NCBI GenBank assembly: GCA_030390025.1
Contig: CM059432.1
Span: forward strand, 131,504,001 to 131,568,000
Origin: Squalus acanthias
Lineage: Eukaryota
Direction: 5' to 3'
DNA length: 64,000 nucleotides
The position numbers and the translations under genes are program-made. Shown piece after piece: positions 24,208-35,230 of the stretch; position 1 is the first letter of the stretch, and every line of letters starts with the position of its first letter. A model generated the notes under the pieces. That model was given only the letters and a program-made list of their open reading frames with translations. It was not told where the DNA came from and searched no databases.

Positions 24208-25571
24208 TTAAAAATTTATCTTATTCAATCGCCTTAGTTCTTCTCCTAGAGGGTCGTCCTCTTCTTCTTCATTTAGTTCCCTCTGCACCATCATACTTCC
24301 TTCGGGTAAAAGTACCTTACCTAGCCTATCACAACAACACTTGGCCATTTTGACAAACAGACTGATACATACAATTACTGCTACTACTATCACAAGTCCA
24401 TGCAATAATATTTGTCCCATTGATCCCAGCCATCCTCCCAGCATCCAGTCAAACCATCCTTGACTCTTTGGATTCTTATACTGACTCACTGCATCTCTTA
24501 TGTGTTTAACAATGTTAGTTATATTTTCTGAACTGTCTGGGATGTAGGTACAACATTCACTCCCTATCAAAGCACAAGTTCCTCCTTTATCTGCCAACAG
24601 ATAATCTAATGCCATTCGATTCTGTAATGTCATTACTCTCATAGCTACCATTTCCGCACTCATTTCGGACAATCCTTTCTCAGTTTCATTTGCTACTTTT
24701 TCTATCAGGTCCGCTAGCTCGGTTACTTCTCCCATTAACTTCCCTACTCCGTATGGGGCTATTAATACTCCAAAGACTCTTTCATAAGTTTCTACCTCTC
24801 TTTTAGTTCTTTGGAATTCATAATGTTTTCCTATCTCATCTAAAATATGGATATAAGGTACTACATAACCTAAATAGCAGGATCCTATCCAGTTATGTGG
24901 CAACCATGGGTAAGGCTTGTTCCCGCATATAAAATAGGTACAGTTATAGGCTGTCAGATTACCCTCTCCTCCCATCCATATTCGGATAGGGTCGCCGGTC
25001 CAGGGGGACCTGCTGGTTTTATTATTTACCTTAGTCCAGTCAAACTGAAAAAATCCCTGCTCAAACAGGCCAGGAATTGGTGGTTGCCACACGACTGTTT
25101 GATTACAAGAGCTCTCTCCGACTTCCTTTTCATCCTGCATCCTGCTTACTTCAGCCTGCTTTTTAAAACATAATGCCCCCTGTGGCCTACCAGCTCCTGA
25201 GGTATTGGTTAATACAAGAAACGGGGGTGTTCGAGTATGATTATAATTGGGCTGATACCACCCCTGAAAAGTGGTTAGGTTATACCCTGCTGATCTCCAC
25301 TGTGTTACATCCGAGGTCTTATCCGGGTCCCTTGAACTGTTTCGATTATTACCCATTCTGCTGTTTCGGAAGTATTAAAGGGAATTGATCTTAGAGGGAT
25401 TCCCCCCTTGGTGTGAGTAGGTATATGGGCACTAGTTTTAGCATGTTCATAAGTCATATACAAGAAAGTGTTAACATGTAATTCTCGTTTCTTTCGGGAT
25501 CCTTCCCCACCTCTTTGGCACGTCATGCGTATTAGTCCGATTGATATGCAAAGTATAAGCAACAGCTTCAT
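24208..25571 (-). pseudogene. env: ERV envelope, frameshifted near 25345
   Basis: Signal peptide MKLLLILCISIGL; furin site RTKR; fusion peptide; ISD LQNRMALDYLLADKGGTC; CX6CC (CALIGSECC); TM helix; split across ORFs 25305-25571 and 24208-25356. Confidence 0.93.
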
Positions 25572-25590
25572 TGTTTAAGTCCTTTAAGAT

Positions 25591-28500
25591 TCAATTGTCC
25601 TTGTTCGGTGCTTTCTTGCAGTGGGATGCGTGGATCCAGGTAGGTCTTTCCTTGACCTTTACAGCTGTATTTGTTGCCAAGAGTACTTGATATGGCCCTT
25701 CAAAGCGTGGCTGCAGACCGTTCTTTCTTTTGAAGACTTTTACATAAACGTCGTCTCCTGGTTCCAAGTTATGGCACTTTCCTTCTGCTGGTTCCGTTTG
25801 AGCTTCCTTTACCTGTCGGTGAAAGCTAGAAATACATCTAGTTAGTGCAATGCAATAGTTTAGCATATTTTCATCCATTTTATGAATGTCCATTTGTTTG
25901 ACCGTAAAGGGTGCTGAGAATGGCAGTCTTTGGGGTCGTCCCATAACAATCTCATGTGGCGACAGTCCAGTTGTCCTGTTAGTTGCTGCTCGCATTACCA
26001 TTAATGCTAAGGGTAATAGTTCGACCCATTTAAGTCCGGTTTCATTGCAAAGTTTAGAAAGTTTATTCTTCAGTACTCCGTTATATCTTTCTACCAGTCC
26101 CGCGGACTATGGATGATAACTGCAGTGAAAATGCTGATTAATCTGCAAAGCTTTACATAGTTCCTTTACGATCACTCCAGTAAAGTGCGATCCATTGTCG
26201 CATGAAAGCTGCATAGGCATTCCAAACCTTGGTATGATTTCTTTTAGCAAACACTTTGCAACTGTTACAGCATCATTTTTTTTTACATGGAAAGGCTTCA
26301 ATCCATCTTGAAAACATATCTATAATTACTAACACGTATTTGAATCCTAAACATACAGGTAATTCAATAAAATCCATTTGCAAATTTACAAAAGGGCCTG
26401 ATGGATTTGAGTGGGAGGCAGACTGTACTTTCTCTGTCTTGCCTGGATTCATTTCCTGGCAAGTGGTGCACCTTTCACTGATTTGTTTTGCAATTGCCGA
26501 AATACCTGGTGCATACCATGTTTGATTAATATAGTCTGCCATCCCCCCTTTGCCCGCATGCGTGAAAACATGAACGCATCGGGCAATCCACGGGAGTAAA
26601 GATTTCGGTGCCACCATGCGGCCGTCATGGTGAACCCATATCCCTTCAGGCGTTTTAAAACAAGAATCCCTTGCCCAACTTAACACTTCGTCCGAGTTAG
26701 CCTGTGACTGAAAGGCTAAAACATCATTAATAGAAGGCGGGTCATTGTCCAATTTTTGTTGACGCAAAACAAAGGCTGAAACTTGTGGCCCTGTATCAGA
26801 CAGAGCGGCTGATTTGGCAGCTCTATCTGACCGTTCGTTACCCAGTGCTATTTGATCCTGACTGCCTGTATGAGCCTGACATTTGATAACTGAAATTCTT
26901 GCGGGACACAATAGAGCCTTTAAAAGATTGTCAATTTGTTCGGCATTTTTAATAGTCGATCCTGAAGAAGTTAGAAATCCCCTTAGTTTCCAGATCTGTC
27001 CGTAATCATGGGCGACTCCAAAAGCGTACCGGGAGTCGGTATAAATGTTAACAGATTTATCAGTAGCCAGTATACAAGCCCTTGTAAGAGCGAAAAGTTC
27101 TGCTTGTTGTGCTGAAAAAGATTGAGGTAATGAGAGCGCTTCTACAACTGAATGATCATCTGATATGGCATACCCAGCTCTGGGTGATCCTTTGTCATCC
27201 CTAAGAGCTGACCCGTCTACGTAGTATATTAAGTCACTATTAGAAATAGGAGTTTCAGATAGATCTATTCGAGGCTTGGTCACCAATTGGGTGACCGTCT
27301 CGCAGCAATGTGGGATTCCATCTTCTTCTGTGGGCAGCAGTGTGGCTGGATTCAAAACCGAACATCTTTGAATTAGGAGATTAGGGTTGGACAATAATTC
27401 AACCTCATATTTACTGCTGCGAGCTGATGTCAGATGTTGAGTGGCGCATTTTGTCAACAGTACTTCGACTGAATGTGGCACAAATAAAATAGTCCGGTGA
27501 TTGAGTGTGATACTTTGAGCCTGTTGTACAGCATAATAGGCGGCGGCTAGAATTGGCAGGCATCCAGGCAGGCTGCGTGCAACAGGATCTAATTGAGTAC
27601 TGAAATAGGCTAAAGGTCTTTGTTTATCACCATGGGTTTGAGTCAAAACGGATTGAGCAAAGCCCAATTTATGATGGACAAAAAGATTGAACTGCTTCTG
27701 ATAATCTGTCAGCCCTAATGCTGGAGCCGATATAAGGGCTTGCTTGACATTCTCGAAGGCGTCCGTTGCCTTCTGATTCCAAGCAAGAGGGTCTTCCTCC
27801 ATGGGCATGGAGATATCAAGCAATGGGCGCACCAGGTCTGAATACCCCATGATCCATTGTCTACAGTATCCTGATATGCCAAGAAAATGTTTTAATTGCT
27901 GTTTAGTAGTAGGTAACGGTGCTTCACAAATTGCTCTGATTCTCCCCTGTGACAGACAGCGGCTATCACCACGGAGTTCATGTCCCAAATACTGTACTTT
28001 CTCTGACACGAACTGCATCTTGGAACGTGATACTTTATGTCCCTTTACTGCTAAGGCATGAAGCATAATAAGCGAGTCAGTTTGACATGACTGTTTATCA
28101 GGCGAAGTTATCAGCAAATCATCGACATATTGGATAAGTGTGGACCCTCCAGTGAAGAGAATGTCCTCTAAATCACGTTTGAGGCTTTGAGAAAAGATTG
28201 TGGGACTCTCTGTGTAACCTTGTGGAAGTCTTGTCCAAGTGAACTGTGTCCCTTTAAATGTGAAAGCGAATAGGAACTGTGAATCTTGGTGGATAGGGAT
28301 ACTGAAGAAAGCTGAACATAAATCGATGACAGTGTAATACTTTGATCCAGAGGGAATACTAGTTAGAATGGTAGCAGGATTTGGCACAACTGGATAAACT
28401 GGTAGTACTGATTCGTTAACTGCTCTGAGATCTTGCACTAGTCTCCATTTCCCACTTTCCTTCTTTTCGACTGGCAAAATTGGAGTGTTGCATGGGCTCT

Positions 28501-29164
28501 GGGTTGGAATGATTATTCCTTGCTGTAACAAAGAGTTAATGACAGGCTGAATTCCTTGTTCGGCTGCTGTTGAAAGCGGGTACTGAGGTCTATGGGGCAA
28601 TCGGACGGATGGTCTTAACGTAACTTTGTATGGCTGAGCAGTTAGCATTTTGCCAACCTCGTTTGAATGGCTAGACCATACTTGTGGCGGAATTTGATCC
28701 AGCAGTTGCTCCGTTTCCCGTGAAATAACTGGAGGGGAGCATTCTTGTAAAGGACACATAGTGCATCTATCAGTAGGGATGTACACCTGTAGTCCTTTTT
28801 CGGAACATATTATTGTTGCTTGCATTTTGCATAGCAAATCTCTTCCTAAAAGGTTCATAGGGGCGTCGTCTGATAGGAGAAAGGCGTGCTGACCAGAAAA
28901 ATTGTCTGTTTGTATTGCTAATGGTTGTGACCACGTCATAGTCTGTGAGACGCCGGAGAGTCCTACACATGTGACATTCTTTTCTGTACATGGGGCTCCT
29001 CTAGCATATTGCTTTGTTAATAGTGAGCTTGTGGCTCCTGTGTCAACAAGAAAAGGAACTTTCTTGCCCTGCATTTTTATGGATAAGTATGGCTCATCTT
29101 TAGAATTTACTGATACTGAAGGTAACTGAAGAATGTGGGTAACGTTCGGGGCTGTTTCTCTGCG
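25591..29164 (-). pseudogene. pol: ERV pro-pol (PR-RT-RNase H-IN) with a frameshift at 26276-26284 and a TAG at 26107-26109
   Basis: PR FLVDTGA and LLGRDLL; RT LPQG and YVDD; RNase H VDGS, AEL, TDS; IN HHCC, QMDF, DNG, VERYN, GPY. Confidence 0.96.
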
Positions 29165-30811
29165 TCATTTTGAATAATTTTGCCATGGGGATCCAAATTG
29201 TCCTTCCATATTTTGACCTCCCCAAGGGTTCCCTGTTGTAAAACCTGCCTGCGGACGAGTGTAAACCTGGGCTTGGGTATCTACATAGTTTGGTGCACCT
29301 CCCCAGCCTTGACTTTGCTGCTTGGGGAACGGGCAGTTAGCCTTCCAGTGTCCGATCTGACCACAGTTAAAACATGGAGAGTTTGCACCTCCTCCGTTCC
29401 ACTGGCCTCTGCCTGTCCCTCCTCTACCTCTTCCTCTAAATCTACCTCTGTTATTCCCTCTGCCTTGTCCTCTGTATTGACCCTGATAATAAATGGTTGT
29501 CTGGGCAGTCGGGGCTGCAAAAGCTGCTTGTTCCATTAAGAGGGAAACCTTGTTCTTTTGGTCTCTATTTCTCTCCTGAATTCCTTTTAGAATTTGTGTT
29601 AGCTCAGGAGTTGTTTTATGTCTCCAATCTAAGCAGACTAGAGTCAATGGTTCTTTAAGTTCCGCTCTGAGACCATTTACAAGGGCATTGATTAAAGGAA
29701 TCTGGTAATTTTCTTTGGTCATTCCAGAATGCTGCCCCATAACTGCTTCTATTCTTTCTATATAATCCTCAACGTCTTCGTCCTTTTTCTGAGTTGTCTC
29801 AATTATTTTTGTCCAATTAGTTCTTTTTGGGAATTTAATATGCATTACTCTATAGAATTCGGTCCAGAATTGATCATTTGGTAGTGTTTCTGGATTCCAT
29901 CCCTTGTCTGTTTTATGATCGTTAATATCTTGGAAACTATCTTCGCCTTCTGTTAAAAGGCGGTATCTGGAATCTTTTAACCAAGCCCTGAGTAGCTGGT
30001 CAATGTCCACAATAGTGGGCTGATGGCAAATAATGGTGCTTTTGAGCTCACTAATTGCTTTTTCTAAGTCCTCTGAGGGGTTCGGTAACTCATGGATTAT
30101 TGTCCGTAGCTCGGAAGCTGTCCATGGGCGATGGACAACAACTGGATCTCCGTCAGACTCGTGGACGTTGGGGAACCGTCTGAGCGGATACATATTGCGG
30201 ACTGTGTGGGATCTGGTATTTTGACTTGGACCTCCGTTAACGGTGGTGTGATCTGGGCTAGACCCCTGATTTCCATTTTGGAGGTCGGGTACTTCACTAT
30301 TCGCTGTACCCTGTAGTCGCTCTTCATATGCGGGAGGTTTTCTGTACCATCCCTGATCCCCGTCATCACTTGAGTGAGACGTGGGTAAAGGAGGGTAAAG
30401 AGAGGTATGAGCGGTAGGCTTCGGGGTTTGTCTTAAAGTCATTTGTCTAACTTCATCTTGTTTAGCCAATTTACCACTGGGCTCTTGCTCTTTTCTCTTA
30501 TTTTTAATTTCAGATCTACTGGCTTGTATACTACAGTCCTTACGCCTTTCTGCTTCCTTTTTCCAGTCTGAAAAGGCTGACCAATTTACTGACTTTTTAC
30601 CTTTTCTTTGTGGGTCTCTATTTGTGAGACAGTCCTCCAGACATGTAATTCTATCCACATTAAAGGTTCTGTCAATGGGGAACGGGTGTCTGCCATTCTT
30701 GGTCCAGTTAGACCAATCAGGCAAATCCCTTGTGGACATCCAACCACAGTTCTAGAAGATGTAAAAGGCTGGAGTTCCTTTTTCTGGGATCTTGCTCTGT
30801 GAAGCTCCCAT
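29165..30811 (-). pseudogene. gag: ERV gag with a premature TAG at codon 20 (30752-30754)
   Basis: True start MGASQSK (myristoylation motif) at 30811, in frame with ORF 29165-30739; late-domain-like LYPPL and PPAY; MHR-like QKKDEDVEDYIERI; single CCHC knuckle CFNCGQIGHWKANC. Confidence 0.93.
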
Positions 30812-31500
30812 CTTAGTAAAGTTTAGTTATACGAGGCACTCGTCTTCTGAATTGCAAATTTCACCCTTTACCCCTTTACGATTATTATTAACCCTTCGGA
30901 GCTCCACAAGTGACAAACAATAACAAGAATTAACAACAATAAAGACAATGATAAGTAACACAAAAGCCCAAACAGGCAAACAAATCAAGTAATCAAACAT
31001 TTAACCTTATACTTTAAGCTAAACAAATAGTCAATTCCCACTTTGCGTTGTTCGCCACTACAAACTGAGTCCTTAACATTTAACTTATACTCTATATATG
31101 AAGGTTTCTTATCTAAACCTTTCTGCCGCGAGACTCTTTTCTCCGGCTCAAGGGACCCACCCTTGATACTGCAGTTTTAATCTTTTAGCGCTTTCTCACA
31201 ACCTGGTACCTTTCAGTCCGGGACACAACCCTGCCGACTTTTTTTTTTACCTCCTCTGCCCGACAGTCTTGAAACTTGAGCCGTCAAAATCCTCCCCCTC
31301 CTCTTAACATTAGAAATAAAAGAAGCAAAAGTTACAGGATTCAACTCAAATCCAAAACTCGAGTCCTACAGATCGCTGTGTCACCGTCGGAAGAAACAGA
31401 CTGCACCAATTTAGTATCTAATGAGAAATCCTTTTTCTGTGATAAAACATCACTGTGGCCAGTCAAGATTTGTCACTAGAAATTTGTGGTGTCCTTTGTC

Positions 31501-31516
31501 CGTGACTTACCGAAAG
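31501..31516 (-). promoter_or_regulatory. Putative major splice donor of the ERV
   Basis: - strand CG|GTAAGT just downstream of the PBS, the usual donor position for env mRNA. Confidence 0.6.
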
Positions 31517-31526
31517 GTAGCAAGTG

Positions 31527-31544
31527 ATCTCGGCGGAACCTCCA
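31527..31544 (-). promoter_or_regulatory. Primer binding site, tRNA-Gln
   Basis: TGGAGGTTCCGCCGAGAT versus the tRNA-Gln complement TGGAGGTTCCACCGAGAT (17/18; the mismatch can pair G:U). Confidence 0.88.
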
Positions 31545-31552
31545 AGTAATAC

Positions 31553-32152
31553 TGTCAAAGTTTCGACTTCCTAGTAAGACTCTTTAAACATAAGTATCGT
31601 CAAAGGAAGTTTATTATTTTACTTGCTGCAAGGAGAATGCAACCATAGTCAAAACTAGGCTATGATGACACTCTGCAAATACAAAAACTGCTCGAAATTT
31701 ATAGTTCAGAAAAAATACAAGCTTCCTATATCACATGACATGGTAATAAATCATTAATTGACAGCATAGTGCCTATAAAACAAGTTAAAAGTGTATTTGT
31801 GTATACTGTACATGAAAGGTCTTTCTAGAGGTCATAAAGATTTAAAACAGCAGGAATCCCTCCAAAGGGTTACGTGTGATTTCTCCCACCACACCATCTA
31901 GAATTCAAGGGAGAGAGTACTTTACACCATAGCCTTGTAAACTTCTTTGATCTACAATCCTAAATTATTTATTGGGGGCAATTAAAACAGTCCACAAACT
32001 GAAATTCCTTCATTAGGTTGAAACTATAAACAATTGGCTAATCTTTCTAACAGACATTGTGTAGGCCATTTTAGATTTTATATTCTGTGTCTTAGGAAGC
32101 CATTTTGTGTCCAAGAAGCCATTTTGTATCCAACTAAAAATACACTTCCACA
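31553..32152 (-). repeat. ERV 5' LTR (600 bp)
   Basis: Direct repeat of 23489-24088; TATAAA on - at 31698-31703. Confidence 0.97.
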
Positions 32153-32729
32153 CTGCTCCGACATTTGCGGTGCTGTGGCCCGCTCCCCCCCCCCCCACCC
32201 CCACAGAGCCGGCAATCAGTGTAATCACTGAAATCAGGGAAACGGACGGAAACTCCGGCTCTTCCGCAGTAATTACGCTGTTAAATTCCCCACTAAAAGT
32301 TAGACGCAAAGGTGTAACTAGGGTTTTTACAGCGTAATGACTGCTAAACAAAGGTGATGGGCCTGTAAATCTCATTTTAATTTTGAGCAGTGTGAAATTG
32401 ATCCACTTTAATAAAAATTTCAATTTTTAAGAAACTTAAAAAAAAAATTTTTTTTAAGTTTGTTCATCTTTATTTCAGGTTACCCTTTTCCCCATGTGAG
32501 AGGCCCAATCTTTGTTTTGCTCTTCCTAAAATTTTTTAAAAGTTAGAATTTTAAGAACTTACCCACGTCCTTGTTTCGCTGTCTGTGAGAATTCTCCGTT
32601 TTGATTGGCTGCTTAAACAGCTTGTTGATGTCACAGCAGCTCGCACTAGGGGATTCCAACTATACTCCGTTGATTTGAATTGAATGTCGGAAAACCCAAA
32701 CTTCTCGACACAGAGATCACGAGATCCTT

Positions 32730-35230
32730 TTGTTTATTCATTCTGGGATGTGGGCGTCGCTGGCAAGGCCAGCATTTATTGCCCATCTCTAATTGCCCTT
32801 GAGAAGTTGGTGGTGAGCCACCTTCTTGAACCGCTGCAGTCTTTGTGGTGAAGGTACTCCCACAGTGCTGTTAGGGAGGGAGTTCCAGGATTTAGGCCCA
32901 GCGACGATGAAGGAACGACGATATATTTCCAAGTCAGGATGGTGTGTAACTTGGAGGGGAACTTGCAGGTGATGCTATTCCCTTGCGCCTGCTGCCCTTG
33001 TCCTTCTAGGTGGTAGGGGTCGCGGGTTTGGGAGGTGCTGTCAAAGAAACCTTGGCGAGTTGCTGCAGTGCATCACTGCAACCACGGTGCGCCGGTGGTG
33101 GAGGGAGTGAATGTTTAAGGTGGTGGATGGGGTGCCAATTAAGCGGCTGCTTTGTCCTGGATGGTGTCAAGCTTCTTGAGTGTTGTTGGAGCTGCACTCA
33201 TCCAGGCAAGTGGAGAGTATTCCATTAGAATCCTGACTTGTGCCTTGTAGATGGTGGAAAGGCTTTGGGGAGTCAGGAGGTGAGACACTCGCTGCAGAAT
33301 ACCCAGCCTCTGAGTTGCTGTTGTTGCCACAGTATTTATGTGGTTGGTCCACTTAAGTTTCTGGTCAATAGTGATCCCCAGGATGTTGATGGTGGGGTAT
33401 TCGGCGATGGTATTGCCGTTGACTGTCATGGGGAGGTGGTTAGTCTCTCGCTTGTTGGACATAGTCATTGCCTGTTACTTGCCACTTATCAGCCCAAGCC
33501 CGAATGTCATCCAGGTCTTGCTGCATGCGGGCATGAACTGCTTCATTTTCTGAGGAGTTGCGAATGGAACTGATCACTGTGCAATCATCAGCGAACAGCC
33601 CCACTTCTGACCTTATGATGGAGGGAAGGTCATTGATGAAGCAGCTGAAGATGGTTGGGCCTAGGACACTGCCCTGAGGAACTCCTACAGCGATGTCCTG
33701 GGGCTCAGATGATTGGCCTCCAACAAACACAACCATCTTCCTTTTTGCTAGGTATGACTCCAGCCAGTGAAGAGTTTTCCCCCTGATTCCCATTGACTTC
33801 AATTTTACTAGGGCTCCTTGATGCCACACTCGGTCATTTGCTACCTTGATGTCAAGGGCAGTCACTCTCACCTCACCTCTGGAATTCAGCTTTTTTGTCC
33901 ATGTTTGGGCCAAGGCTGTAATGAGGTCTGGAGCCGAGTGGTCCTGGCAGAACCCAAACTGAGCATTGGTGAGCAGGTTATTGGTGAGTAAGTGTCACTT
34001 GATAGCACTGTTGATGACACCTTCCACCACTTTGCTGATGATTGAGATTAGACTGATGGGGCGGTAATTGGTTGGATTGGATTTGTCCTGCTTTTTGTGG
34101 ACAGGGTACACCTGGGCAGTTTTCCACATTGTCGGGTAGATGCCAGTGTTGTAGCTGTACTGGAACAGCTTGGCTAGAGGCGCGGCTAGTTGTGGAGCAC
34201 AAGTCTTCAGCACGACAGCCGGGATGTTGTCGGGGCCCATAGCCTTTGCTGTATCCAGTGCGCTCAGCCATTTCTTGATATCACATGGAGTGAATCGAAT
34301 TGGCTGAAGACTGGGTTCTGTGATAGTGGAGACCTCAGAAGGAGGCCAATATGAATCATCCATTAGGCACTTCTGGCTGAAGATGGTTGCAAATGCTTCA
34401 GCCTTGTCTTTTGCACTCGTGTGCTGGGCTCCGCCATCATTGAGGATTGGGATATTCATGGTGCCTCCTCCTCACATTAGTTGTTTAATTGTCCACCACC
34501 ATTCACGACTGGATGTGGCAGGACTGCAGAGCTTTGATCTGTTCCATTGATTGTGGGATCGCTTAGCTCTGTCTATAGCATGCTGCTTCCTGTGTTGCAG
34601 CTTCCCCAGGTTGGCACCTCAATTTTAGGTATGCCTGGTGCTGCTCCTGGCAGGCCCTTCTGCACTCCTCATTGAACCAGGGTTGGTCCCCTGGCTTGAT
34701 GGTAATGGTAGAGTGAGGAATATGCCATGAGGTTACAGATTGTGGTGGAATACAATTCTGCTGCTGCTGATGGGCCACAGCGCCTCATGGATGCCCAGTT
34801 TTGAGCTGCTAGATCTGTTCTGAATCTATTCCATTTAGCATGGTGGTAGTGCCACACAACACGATGGAGAGTGGCCTCAGTGTGAAGACGGGACTTCGTC
34901 TCCACAAGGACTGTGCGGTGGCCACTGCTACCAATGCTGTCATGGACAGATGCATCTGTGACAGGTAGATTGGTGAGAATGAGGTCAAGTAGGTTTTTCT
35001 ATCATGTTGGTTATCTCACCACCTGCAGCTGGCCCAGTCTGGCAGCTATGTCCTTCAGGACTCGGCCAGCTCGGTCAGTAGTGGTGCTACCGAGCCATTC
35101 TTGGTGATGGATATTGAAGTCCCCCACCCAGAGTACATTCTGTGCCCTTGCTACCCTCAGTGCTTCTTCCAAGTTGTGTTCAACATGGAGGAGTACTGAT
35201 TCATCAGCTGAGGGAGGGCGGTAGGTGATA
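32730..35230 (-). mobile_element. 5'-truncated LINE of the CR1/L2 group, distinct from the other CR1s here
   Basis: APE GDFNIHH near 35110; RT KAMGPD, NYRPISL, GVPQGSVLGP, FADD; candidate TSD ATCCTT (32724-32729 and 35231-35236). Confidence 0.88.

Larger units (their letters stand above)
23489..32152 (-). mobile_element. Full-length endogenous retrovirus, class I (epsilon/gamma-like), 8664 bp, defective
   Basis: LTR-PBS-gag-pol-env-PPT-LTR; 4-bp TSD CTGC (23485-23488 and 32153-32156); YVDD RT; gag and pol in frame; gamma-type TM. Confidence 0.97.

Noticed and set aside
24208..25356. 382-aa env ORF as a domesticated syncytin-like gene
   Set aside because: It is the downstream half of a frameshifted env without signal peptide or CxxC, inside a young provirus; nothing indicates selection.
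30812..31526. Accessory ORF in the ERV leader (like WDSV orf C) or cyclin-like genes after env
   Set aside because: No sense-strand ORF of 60 aa or more in the leader, and only about 120 bp separate env from the LTR.
32013..32423. 136-aa ORF sharing its C-terminus with ORF 23949-24200
   Set aside because: Arises from the LTR duplication read in from flanking MITE sequence.
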